A stretch of 64,000 nucleotides of DNA from positions 1 through 64,000 of the IMG/VR virus record IMGVR_UViG_3300037847_002819. One strand, given 5' to 3'. The position numbers were made by a program, and so were the translations under genes. How positions within the stretch are numbered: the stretch's first letter is position 1; each line of letters starts with the position of its first letter. The stretch is from a virus. Its lineage: Duplodnaviria; Caudoviricetes. Below the pieces are notes generated by a model. The model was not told the origin of the DNA, did no database searches, and worked only from the letters and a program-made list of their open reading frames with translations. This document shows positions 1-8,708 of the stretch, in pieces.

Positions 1-248
1 AACTCAAAGTTATGGAATTCGTTTTCATAAATAATTGGTCTGTATGACCTCTTTACTTTATCATCAACAATACCTTCTATGTTTTTGATAATAGCACCGA
101 CTTGTGCTTGAGAAGGATATGTGGAAGAAGAAAATGCTGGAACTTGTAGCATATCAGAAACGGCATCCTTATCTGTATAAAATCCATTACCTGTTGAATA
201 GTCAACATTGATTGCGGTATAGTCACTAGGGGAGGATGCTACGGGCAT
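1..248 (-). CDS. Partial gene (runs off window), probable head-tail connector/adaptor protein
   Basis: ATG at 248 overlaps the stop of the upstream gene and reads MPVASSPSDYTAINVDYSTGNGFYTDKDAVSDMLQVPAFSSSTYPSQAQVGAIIKNIEGIVDD. The 'YT...V..ML' plus helical pattern resembles gp6/gp15-type adaptors, and it lies downstream of the capsid genes. Not in the ORF track. Confidence 0.5.
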   Translation of the reverse strand, partial: MPVASSPSDYTAINVDYSTGNGFYTDKDAVSDMLQVPAFSSSTYPSQAQVGAIIKNIEGIVDDKVKRSYRPIIYENEFHNFE

Positions 249-2071
249 TATATCACTAACTCCAATTCTTTTAATTTCTTATTAATTCTTTTAGCAAACA
301 AATTAATATCTTTTTTGACTTCATAATCCTTTTTACCGGAATAAGAAACTCTTGATTTTGGCTTTTTATCATCCGTTGCTTGCGGGGCTTTCCTTGTTCT
401 AGGTTTTGCCCTAAATGGTGCAACTTGCGAACCTCCGCCTGTTCCTTTAGGGACAACCGGAGGAACTAATTCTTCTTCTAACATTATGTAAAAACTATTA
501 ACATTGTAAGTAGTAACCATTGTCATTTTACCATCTTTCTTTTTTCGTTTATCTTCTTTAGTTACTCTCAGATATATTCTGTAATTATTTTTCAAATCAT
601 TCAATGCCCTTTTAACCATATTATTCTTTTTAACGAATGCCTTTGGGTTAGTAAACGCTTCTTTTTGTTCTGCGGCAGTTAAATTAGAAATAGGAGATTT
701 TATTCCTAGTTTTTCTTCAAACTCTTTATTCAACTCATTTCCTTTCTTTTGATATTCTTCTAACCAATTTTTCATTTTTGTCATGGCTTCGTTATCATAA
801 GCGTCTGTTGCTTCATCAAATATTTCTAAAAAGTATTCGGCTCTAGTAAGACCTGCATCTTTAGCGGCCTGTGATTCCTTTGTTGTTTTATACAGTTTTA
901 GGTATTCATCTTTGAATGTAAAATCATTATCTCTTCCTTTTCCTTTTATTAAATTAGTAGGAACAAAATTTAATTCTTCATCAGTTAATCTTTTACCTGC
1001 TTCAATTTTATTTCTGATAACATCGTATTTATCATCAAAGTCATTATATACATCTGTAAAGTCTTTAATTTCTTTTCTTAAACTAGCAGTTAAACTCATA
1101 TATTTTCTCGCTCTTTCTAACGATTCGTTTAAACTTTTTAATAATTTAGTTGAGTCCTCTAATTTTTTTTGCTGGCGTTCTTTATCTTCTTTTGAAGAAA
1201 CAGATTTTAAATCTCTAATTAACTCTTTAGTGTTATTAATTAATTCTTTAGTATTAGATACTTTATTTTCTAAAGACTCTTTCATCTCTTCTGCAAAATA
1301 AAGACTTCTAGTAAAAACATAAGGTAAGTCAAAACCTTGTTTTACTTCTCCTTTGGTATTTAATTTAACCCTGCTATAAAATTTATCATAAGATTGCATT
1401 AAATCCGAGGGAATTAACTTTCCTCTTTCTAACCCAAACTTCATAGATGTATCAATAGGTTTTAGTAAATTTATTTTACGACCTACCCGTTCAGCGTAAA
1501 TATAATCAAAGCCTAAACTATTAAGTTTTTCAGTTTTAGTTTTAGGTTTTCCTTTGTTTGGCAATTGTGACACTACATTTCTTTCATCGAATTCTAAAAC
1601 TTTAATTTCTTTTTTTCTTTCTGTTTTTTCTTTTATGCCATTTTTTTCTGCCTTTGAAAGAAAATTAAAATAATTATCAATATCTGCCCATCCCATTTCT
1701 ATTTCTTCTTCGAAATCAATGCGGCTAGTTTCACCTGTTATATCATCTAGGACTCTATCAGTTCCTAAATCCTGAATAGTGTAATTACCTACCTTATCTA
1801 AAAAATATATTTTGAAATCCATATCCAATTCTTTGATTTTGGTTTCTTTTATCTTTTTAATAGCGGCTTCGTTAATCGAATCAAATTCTTTTTTATCAAA
1901 ATTATCATTTATTTTAGGAATGCTTTCAATATAATCATCAATATCATTATAGTCCTTTTTCCTAGTTTCTAAATATTTACTACCGAAAATGAATTTCTTC
2001 ATTTCGTTTGTGGCGTATTTGGTAGTCCAATTGATAGCCCTACCGCCAGCACCACTGTAAATAATTTCCAT
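248..2071 (-). CDS. Hypothetical Lys/Glu-rich helical protein (607 aa)
   Basis: Long ORF, co-oriented and tightly packed in the late operon; coiled-coil-like segments. Confidence 0.75.
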   Translation of the reverse strand: MEIIYSGAGGRAINWTTKYATNEMKKFIFGSKYLETRKKDYNDIDDYIESIPKINDNFDKKEFDSINEAAIKKIKETKIKELDMDFKIYFLDKVGNYTIQDLGTDRVLDDITGETSRIDFEEEIEMGWADIDNYFNFLSKAEKNGIKEKTERKKEIKVLEFDERNVVSQLPNKGKPKTKTEKLNSLGFDYIYAERVGRKINLLKPIDTSMKFGLERGKLIPSDLMQSYDKFYSRVKLNTKGEVKQGFDLPYVFTRSLYFAEEMKESLENKVSNTKELINNTKELIRDLKSVSSKEDKERQQKKLEDSTKLLKSLNESLERARKYMSLTASLRKEIKDFTDVYNDFDDKYDVIRNKIEAGKRLTDEELNFVPTNLIKGKGRDNDFTFKDEYLKLYKTTKESQAAKDAGLTRAEYFLEIFDEATDAYDNEAMTKMKNWLEEYQKKGNELNKEFEEKLGIKSPISNLTAAEQKEAFTNPKAFVKKNNMVKRALNDLKNNYRIYLRVTKEDKRKKKDGKMTMVTTYNVNSFYIMLEEELVPPVVPKGTGGGSQVAPFRAKPRTRKAPQATDDKKPKSRVSYSGKKDYEVKKDINLFAKRINKKLKELELVI

Positions 2072-2082
2072 TGTGAATCAAC

Positions 2083-2736
2083 TCACATTAGCCATTTAGC
2101 CCAAGCCGCACCTTTTTGTATTGCTGAACCTAATCCTAATCCCGAAGAAGGTGGTTCGTAACTCATTTGACCATTAGCATCAATCCAATATGGGCGACCA
2201 TATCCATCTGTTCCATTTGGAGGAATAGGATAGCCCGAACCGTTATTTACTGCACTATTCACTTGATTATACTGTTGCATATTACCTGTTACACCAGCAA
2301 TTGCCGCACCAGCAGAAACCTGTGTATTTGGTGTTGAGAAGCCTTGAGATTCTAGGTATTGTTGTTTTGCCATCTTTCTTTGATTGATAACTTCTGTATT
2401 GATTGCTGAATCTAATAGTCTTGTTAAATCTAAATCAATGTTTTCTTTTGTAATTCTTTCAAATTCTGCCAAAGCACCGGATTGTAATTTCATTGTCCCT
2501 GATGTTGAATCTTGAACAAATACTAATTGCGTTAACATTTGACTAACTGACCTTGCTACTACATCTTCCATTAACTGTTCTAATGCAGCAAAAAATTGCT
2601 GACCATGATATTGGAAAAACTCTTCAACATGATTTTCTTGTAATGAAAGCAAATTACTAACATTTTTGAATTGTTGTTCTGATTGTGCTTGAACCGCACC
2701 CATTACTGCTCCATTACTTGTTCCAAACATTCCCAT
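2083..2736 (-). CDS. Gln-rich helical protein with C-terminal amphipathic/aromatic helix
   Basis: GGAGG RBS upstream; ends GLGLGSAIQKGAAWAKWLM. Confidence 0.75.
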   Translation of the reverse strand: MGMFGTSNGAVMGAVQAQSEQQFKNVSNLLSLQENHVEEFFQYHGQQFFAALEQLMEDVVARSVSQMLTQLVFVQDSTSGTMKLQSGALAEFERITKENIDLDLTRLLDSAINTEVINQRKMAKQQYLESQGFSTPNTQVSAGAAIAGVTGNMQQYNQVNSAVNNGSGYPIPPNGTDGYGRPYWIDANGQMSYEPPSSGLGLGSAIQKGAAWAKWLM

Positions 2737-2738
2737 AA

Positions 2739-3419
2739 TTATTCCTCCTTATTGTTGCTACTTAACAGATAATTTAATCTTTCCGTTGATAATCCTATTT
2801 CAACAACCAAACGGACAATTTCCGCCATAGTCGTTTCACTATCCGCTAAGGTGGGCGGTTTAATAAGCCATCCGGTTGAAGTAAGACTAGCAACATCTTC
2901 TTTGCTTAGGGTTACAAGAGGAGTTTTCTTCATAAGTTGAGGAGTTTTTAATTTAGGAATAAACGCTTTGAAGTCTAAGCCGTGTTCATCAGCAAGGATT
3001 TGTTGTTGTAGCATTTCCATTTGCTTATGAATTGCTGCGTGTTTAGGACAATAAGTGCCTCTCATCGGTCTTCCTTTAGTGACTTTATCTAAAGGAATAG
3101 GGGGTCTTAGAAAATCTCCAGCCTCCCAAACATGATGTGTTCCACAAACAATACATACATCTTTGAAATTAAACTTATGACCGTATTTTAGTTTCAGAAA
3201 ACTTTTCTTTTCTGGTAATAGAATCTTTTTTATTTCTTTTAATTGTTTTTTAGGTTTAATAGCATCGTATTTGTATTCTGTTATATTTCCACCTGCTCTA
3301 AATTGTTGTAGTTTAGGTAAAAACTTATTCATAGAAAATGAATTTAATTGACTTGGGTTGCTTGAATTAGGAGTTATTGAAACATTAGTTCCTATTAAGT
3401 TCGGTTGTTGATATGCCAT
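2739..3419 (-). CDS. Zn-binding protein (CxxC...CxxH)
   Basis: CIVCG and YCPKH motifs; GAGG RBS. Confidence 0.7.
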   Translation of the reverse strand: MAYQQPNLIGTNVSITPNSSNPSQLNSFSMNKFLPKLQQFRAGGNITEYKYDAIKPKKQLKEIKKILLPEKKSFLKLKYGHKFNFKDVCIVCGTHHVWEAGDFLRPPIPLDKVTKGRPMRGTYCPKHAAIHKQMEMLQQQILADEHGLDFKAFIPKLKTPQLMKKTPLVTLSKEDVASLTSTGWLIKPPTLADSETTMAEIVRLVVEIGLSTERLNYLLSSNNKEE

Positions 3420-3428
3420 ATTTATTCC

Positions 3429-4091
3429 TCAATAATCTTTTATCATTGTAGTGATTCCTTTATACACCATTTCGGGGTCTGATTTTGCTGATACTATGTA
3501 TTTGAATGTCGGTATTCCTTTATCATTTAGTTGCCTCATTCCGTATTTGAAAGGTTCAAAAATTTCATGTTTTTCAATAGACTTTTCTGATTTATGTTTT
3601 TCTCCCCATATATCATATTTATTAGCCCATATTCCTACTGCTAAAGGATAATCTTTTTCTTTTTTCTTTTTACCATTCGGCCATCTATCACTAATAATAA
3701 CATCAACTAAAAACTTCCACGCTACTTGGTGGTCTAAATTAACTCCGCTATCTAAGTGCCTATGGTCTATCATGAAAATAATGTATTTAGGTTTTCTCAT
3801 TCTCATATCTTTAGCCCATTCTTTCCAATATATCGCTTCTCCTCCTATATCAGAACTTCTTATAGTGTGCATATCCCCGTCTATCTTAATTGTTTTTCTT
3901 GTTGGTCTATGTAATCCAACAGTCCTTTCATTAATTTGCTGCACTTCTCCTCTTGTTCTTAATTGGTGACTTAATGTTGTTTTGCCTACCATTGTTGCTC
4001 CATAAACTCCGAAATTGATTGCGTGTATTTTTTTCCAAAAACCTATCATCGCTTCGCCGACAAGAATAGCGAAACCTGTCATCACTGACAA
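3429..4091 (-). CDS. Small GTPase, Arf/Sar1-like, with N-terminal hydrophobic/amphipathic helix
   Basis: G1 GATMVGKT, G3 DIGG, G4 NKYD, G5 SAK. The likely start is TTG at 4091 after a GGAGG RBS (the ORF track extends it to 4133). Confidence 0.85.
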   Translation of the reverse strand: MSVMTGFAILVGEAMIGFWKKIHAINFGVYGATMVGKTTLSHQLRTRGEVQQINERTVGLHRPTRKTIKIDGDMHTIRSSDIGGEAIYWKEWAKDMRMRKPKYIIFMIDHRHLDSGVNLDHQVAWKFLVDVIISDRWPNGKKKKEKDYPLAVGIWANKYDIWGEKHKSEKSIEKHEIFEPFKYGMRQLNDKGIPTFKYIVSAKSDPEMVYKGITTMIKDY

Positions 4092-4093
4092 GA

Positions 4094-4309
4094 TTAAACC
4101 TCCCAAGAATGCCAAAGGTTGTCTAATATCCAACCAACAACATTTATGTCAAAGACACCTAATATATTTCCTAGAAAGAAAAAGGATAAAGAGGCACAAG
4201 TGACCCAAAACCACATTCTCATTTTCATAAAAAACATATCAGCAGAATGCGCCCTGCTTTGATTATAAACATAGTCGGTTTCTGTAAAACCCATTATGTC
4301 ATTAAACAT
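4094..4309 (-). CDS. Small membrane protein (1 TM plus amphipathic helix)
   Basis: Hydrophobic stretch WFWVTCASLSFFFLGNILGVF; GAGGTGG RBS. Confidence 0.75.
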   Translation of the reverse strand: MFNDIMGFTETDYVYNQSRAHSADMFFMKMRMWFWVTCASLSFFFLGNILGVFDINVVGWILDNLWHSWEV

Positions 4310-4318
4310 TTAACCACC

Positions 4319-4708
4319 TCATTGTAGTTTAGCCAAAAAGTCATTTGAAATTGTGTTTTCGGTTTCATACATTGTGGTGCTAGGTGCAATAACTGATGTA
4401 TTGTATTGCTTCATAGTTTCTTGAAGTTTTTGTCTTTGTTGCTCATCCCTCGCCCTGCGTTCCCAATAAGCATTGATTCTTCTATCTAACAATCTTAATT
4501 CAATCTTATCGTTAAGTGATAAATCGAAGATTGCTTTCAAACACATGATACCTCCAACGGTAATTAATCCGAACAAGGTAGCATGGGCTAATGTAGTGTA
4601 AGGGAAATTAATCCCGTAGTTAGCATAAAAATATACATTAGCACCGCTAACAGTGCCAACGAATAGTATAGTCATAATTAGTCTAGTATCTTGATTTAGT
4701 GCCGCCAT
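4319..4708 (-). CDS. Membrane protein, 2 TM plus cytoplasmic coiled coil (holin-like topology)
   Basis: Two hydrophobic segments followed by a charged coiled coil (ERRARDEQQRQKLQE). Confidence 0.75.
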   Translation of the reverse strand: MAALNQDTRLIMTILFVGTVSGANVYFYANYGINFPYTTLAHATLFGLITVGGIMCLKAIFDLSLNDKIELRLLDRRINAYWERRARDEQQRQKLQETMKQYNTSVIAPSTTMYETENTISNDFLAKLQ

Positions 4709-4717
4709 CCGACCACC

Positions 4718-5017
4718 TCAGTTAAATTCAACAGAAACATTAGCGGTGGATGAACCTGTTTCAACCACTTCTAAGAATAATCCTGTATTGCACAAAACTC
4801 CATGCATATCATATTCATAATTATAATAGCCTGTTGTTGAATGCTCTATCATGGCAATTTTAGTTCCTGTATTATCAGTGCCATCATAGACATTGATAGT
4901 TACTGCCCCATTACTCACAATTTTAATAGCCGCATGAATACTAACTAATTTCGTTCTTCCTGTGACAATTAATTTATCAGCACCTAAAACACCGCTTGAC
5001 CTGCTTGAATATCCCAT
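4718..5017 (-). CDS. Small beta-rich putative virion protein
   Basis: Alternating hydrophobic beta-strand pattern; AGGTG RBS; downstream of the capsid genes. Confidence 0.6.
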   Translation of the reverse strand: MGYSSRSSGVLGADKLIVTGRTKLVSIHAAIKIVSNGAVTINVYDGTDNTGTKIAMIEHSTTGYYNYEYDMHGVLCNTGLFLEVVETGSSTANVSVEFN

Positions 5018-5072
5018 AGTATCACCTGTTTCAATTGAGGGAGACTACGCCTCTCTATTAATACTACCGATA

Positions 5073-5417
5073 TTATTCAGTAGTTAGAGAGGACTTAGTA
5101 GTAGTCTTCCTCGTAGTTTTCTTTGGTGTAGTCTTTTTAGGCACTACCTTTTTCTTAGGTAGTAGCGTTTCAACCAATTCTTTAGCAGTCACTTCTTTTC
5201 TTAGACCGATAGAAGCACTAGCCAATAGTTTTTCATCAGCACTTTCCAAATCAGAACGGTCACATTCTTCAAAAGTAAATAGATAGTTAGGGTCGCCAAT
5301 GCGATTAATCGCAAAGGCAACGCTAACTTCTATTTCTTTTTCTCTTGTGATTTCTTGTGTTGGTGTAACTTTTAATTTTGCTATTGATGAATTAGGGGTT
5401 AATTTAAGTTTAACCAA
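5073..5417 (-). CDS. Hypothetical protein with Lys/Thr-rich C-terminal tail
   Basis: GAGGTG RBS; tail PKKKVVPKKTTPKKTTRKTTTK. Confidence 0.7.
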   Translation of the reverse strand: MVKLKLTPNSSIAKLKVTPTQEITREKEIEVSVAFAINRIGDPNYLFTFEECDRSDLESADEKLLASASIGLRKEVTAKELVETLLPKKKVVPKKTTPKKTTRKTTTKSSLTTE

Positions 5418-5427
5418 TTAATTCACC

Positions 5428-5778
5428 TCAAATCAGTCCGTAAACTCTTACTCTAACGATTCCCAAATCAGAATTACCCGATTCAGCACCCGAAGAAGCA
5501 GTAGTCCCTACTAGAGCAAAAGACGATGTGCTTTCATAATCGCCATCACTGTTCAATTCCACAACAAATCTTTCAAGAGCAACACCGGAAGCAACTTCCG
5601 CACCGGTAATTACAACCGCAGTAATTGTGCTTAATCCCAAAGAAGAAGCGGTGATTATTTCACCATCTTCGGTATATGAAGTAATGTTGATATTCGCATC
5701 AACCATATATTCATCACCAACAACTCTCGGTCTTGTGTAGCCTTTATGGTCGGCTAACAATGTTACTGTATGTGTCAA
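5428..5778 (-). CDS. Putative capsid decoration/cement protein
   Basis: Small, acidic and beta-rich; second gene after the MCP; GAGGTG RBS. Confidence 0.55.
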   Translation of the reverse strand: MTHTVTLLADHKGYTRPRVVGDEYMVDANINITSYTEDGEIITASSLGLSTITAVVITGAEVASGVALERFVVELNSDGDYESTSSFALVGTTASSGAESGNSDLGIVRVRVYGLI

Positions 5779-5788
5779 TTAAAACACC

Positions 5789-6061
5789 TCACTGTCCGAT
5801 TGCAGTCCAAAAACCATCAGCACCCGCAACAGTTACAATAGTAACATCACCACTTGCCGTCATAGGTAAAGTTTCATTCACAGTAGGCGCAGAAGCGACA
5901 ACTGCCGCACCACTATGAGTTAGACTAATTGTATCAACTCTAGATAGTCCTGTCGCTATATCCCCACCTTCGTCTGAACCACCGTTTGTAAATGTTCCAA
6001 ACACAATCTTTCTGTTTCCTTCTAAATTCATTTCAAATGTAATTGCACTTTCAAAAGCCAT
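5789..6061 (-). CDS. Putative capsid decoration/cement protein
   Basis: Small, Gly/Thr/Ala-rich and beta-rich; immediately after the MCP; 'GGDIATGLSRVD' resembles the 'GEIITASSLGLSTI' segment of the adjacent gene. Confidence 0.55.
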   Translation of the reverse strand: MAFESAITFEMNLEGNRKIVFGTFTNGGSDEGGDIATGLSRVDTISLTHSGAAVVASAPTVNETLPMTASGDVTIVTVAGADGFWTAIGQ

Positions 6062-6084
6062 ATTATCCTCTCCTTATTTTTTCC

Positions 6085-7419
6085 TCACTGTATGTTAGTA
6101 ATTTTTCCTTGACCCTTGAAGAAAGAACAACCGACTTCACCGATTGTTCTATACAAAGCCCTGTTACCTAATGTTCCTACACCGAATGGGTTTCCATTAG
6201 CGATACCATCTTCAAAGTATTGAGTTGGCTTCATAACTGATAGCCATAGATGGTCTGTATCAAGGAATAATAGGTCAGATAGTTGAGTTGAAGCCAATCC
6301 TGTGCTAGTCATGTCTTTTACAGGAATTAGTGGAATATCGTAGTATGTTGCTACTCTAAATCCTACTTCTTGACCCTTTGTTCCACGAACACCGTTCACT
6401 GTTGGAACAATTTCTTTTCTATCCATAAATCTTTCTTGACTTTGCAATAGGTCTGCAATTGCTTGAATAGTGTCATATCCGGTTAGAATAACCTTTGGTG
6501 AACCACCAGCAAGTCTTAGGTTGCGAACCATGTTATTTAGCAAAGTTAGGCTTAGTGGCCTAACATCTGTTGCTGCATAAGAATTACCTTCATCAACTTC
6601 GGCATCAAGGAATGAAGCCGCATCACGGTTTGTTCCGTAAATGTGACTTACATTTGTTGCAGTAGCACTATCAGTCATTAGAGAAGATTGTGCGTCTAGT
6701 TTATCCAATTCATCCTTTGAAGTAATAACCTTCAACAATGAAGTATAATTGTTACCAATGTTAGGCAATAGTGCTGATTCACCATAAAACTCTAGTGGCA
6801 TAACAAGCATCTTGTTTTGGACTTCAGCGTGGTGCTTACCCATATCTTCACGCATTTGCGCTCTAATATCGCCAATTCCATCATCAATTTGTGCCATTTC
6901 CATAGCCAACTCGCTGAAATCAAATTGGTGTGCAACAACTTTAGGACTCATGTTCAATTGAGCATAAGTTGGTGCAATTGGCCCTAATCCATCTTGTGCA
7001 GTTGAAAGTCCAGCATTTTCTGGAACACCACCAATAGAATCTGCTCTAGGTGTATCTGAACCCAATTCTCCCAATGTTAGGGAAACATCTGCTTTATCAA
7101 CAGTAAATAGATTACCGCTACCACCAGCAGGTCTGCTCTTTAATACTCTCCAACCGCTTGAAGTGTATGGCCTCTTTGAAATCATAGACAATGCGTTAAC
7201 TTCACGGTTTAGCATAGACCAAACCTTTTGTCCATAAACGACATTGTATAGTGCTGATACATCAGAAACGGCTGAACCGCTAAATGACGGAGAACCGTCA
7301 TGTCCTGTGTGTATTCCACCAACCATACCTGCTTGCTTTAGCAAGGCATTTCCGGCTGGAAGATTCATTCCGTATGTTTGTGCTTCTAAATCTGCTATTG
7401 TGTTAATATATCCTGTCAT
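6085..7419 (-). CDS. Major capsid protein (HK97 fold)
   Basis: About 444 aa directly after the protease/scaffold; archaeal-caudovirus MCP-like segments (MREDMGKHHAEVQNKML, GFRVATYYDIPLIP, LLFLDTDHL); ATG at 7419 after GAGGTG. Confidence 0.9.
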   Translation of the reverse strand: MTGYINTIADLEAQTYGMNLPAGNALLKQAGMVGGIHTGHDGSPSFSGSAVSDVSALYNVVYGQKVWSMLNREVNALSMISKRPYTSSGWRVLKSRPAGGSGNLFTVDKADVSLTLGELGSDTPRADSIGGVPENAGLSTAQDGLGPIAPTYAQLNMSPKVVAHQFDFSELAMEMAQIDDGIGDIRAQMREDMGKHHAEVQNKMLVMPLEFYGESALLPNIGNNYTSLLKVITSKDELDKLDAQSSLMTDSATATNVSHIYGTNRDAASFLDAEVDEGNSYAATDVRPLSLTLLNNMVRNLRLAGGSPKVILTGYDTIQAIADLLQSQERFMDRKEIVPTVNGVRGTKGQEVGFRVATYYDIPLIPVKDMTSTGLASTQLSDLLFLDTDHLWLSVMKPTQYFEDGIANGNPFGVGTLGNRALYRTIGEVGCSFFKGQGKITNIQ

Positions 7420-7429
7420 CTTAATCACC

Positions 7430-8671
7430 TCAAATATTGTTCACCATTTTGTGAATATCGCTCCAATCCATTGATGCAATATCATCAATTGATGGCATTT
7501 TAATTACTGATTCTTCTTGTGCTTTTAGGATAGTTTCCTTTTCAGCAGTCAAAGACTTTCTTAGTTCGCTAAATTCTTCTTTAATGGAAGCAATTTCAGC
7601 CTGTGCGTCATATTGTGACTTTGCGAGAATGTTCTCACGGTTTGCAACTTCACTGCTAAAGCGAGTTTCAAAAGACTTGCGAAGGTTATCGTATGCTAGT
7701 TCCTCAAGTTTTTCTTGACGGAATGCTTCGTAAGCCTTCTCAATGTTTGCATTTGATAGGTTTAGTGTATCAAATTCATTGTTTTCAAATGCTTTTACAA
7801 CCGGCATATCGGAAGCAGTTGGCTTTCCGTTGTTAATGACGATTCTATCAGCAGGTTCACCAATTTGATTACCTGCACCATCAAGTGTTCTTAGGTATGC
7901 TTTGTCGGCAGAATCATCATAACGAGGGTTTGTTCCTTCTTTCTCATCATCTTCTTCATCACCTTTCATGTAATCGCCTTTGTCCATATCGTCAGCCATT
8001 TCCATGTATTCAGCATTTTCTTCCATCATTTCAGAATTGTTGTCCATAGACTCCTCTTCGTCTCCTTTTAGACTCTCAACTTCTTTTAGAAGAGTGTCTA
8101 ATTCATTTAGTGCTTTTTCTAGTTTATCACTCATTTTTTCATCTCCAATATCTTGTTTCAGAATATCAAACTTCGCTTCGGGATTAATGCCTTTTTCACA
8201 TATTGTTACTTCATGGAGTTCTAATTTACTTATTTCGTTATACTCCCCTAATTCACTGTGGCTTTTCTTTACTTTTTGTAATGCTTGTCCACCTATGCTA
8301 AAAGACCTTAATGTGCCTTTGCGAATACCTCTTCCAACCTCTTTGGCTTTTTCTATGTCATCCCTTAATTTAATTACTACAAAGAACCCTACATCATCAA
8401 CTTCCGATTTCCATAGTTTTCCGGTTTTATCCCTATAAGAGTCCACAACTTCTCCAACTTGAACATTTGAATGATTTGTCATTACATTTCTGAATTTTTT
8501 ATCTTCCATGAATTTTGTAACTGCGGTTTTTAATGCATTTAATGTAATTAAATCGTTTTGTTTATCCACGATTTCAATACTTGCATATCCTCCAATCATT
8601 AAATCATCGCTTTTTAGAATTCTGAAATCATCATTCCTTGTTGCCATGACACTAATGCTCATGTTCTTCAA
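7430..8671 (-). CDS. Prohead maturation protease fused to scaffolding domain
   Basis: HK97-type protease motifs GYASIEIVDKQND, NH(S), SFSIGG, LHEVTICEKGINPEA; acidic linker and coiled-coil C-terminus. Confidence 0.9.
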   Translation of the reverse strand: MKNMSISVMATRNDDFRILKSDDLMIGGYASIEIVDKQNDLITLNALKTAVTKFMEDKKFRNVMTNHSNVQVGEVVDSYRDKTGKLWKSEVDDVGFFVVIKLRDDIEKAKEVGRGIRKGTLRSFSIGGQALQKVKKSHSELGEYNEISKLELHEVTICEKGINPEAKFDILKQDIGDEKMSDKLEKALNELDTLLKEVESLKGDEEESMDNNSEMMEENAEYMEMADDMDKGDYMKGDEEDDEKEGTNPRYDDSADKAYLRTLDGAGNQIGEPADRIVINNGKPTASDMPVVKAFENNEFDTLNLSNANIEKAYEAFRQEKLEELAYDNLRKSFETRFSSEVANRENILAKSQYDAQAEIASIKEEFSELRKSLTAEKETILKAQEESVIKMPSIDDIASMDWSDIHKMVNNI

Positions 8672-8708
8672 CCCCTTGTAATTTCTTTCACTATATTAAA
8701 GACACGGT

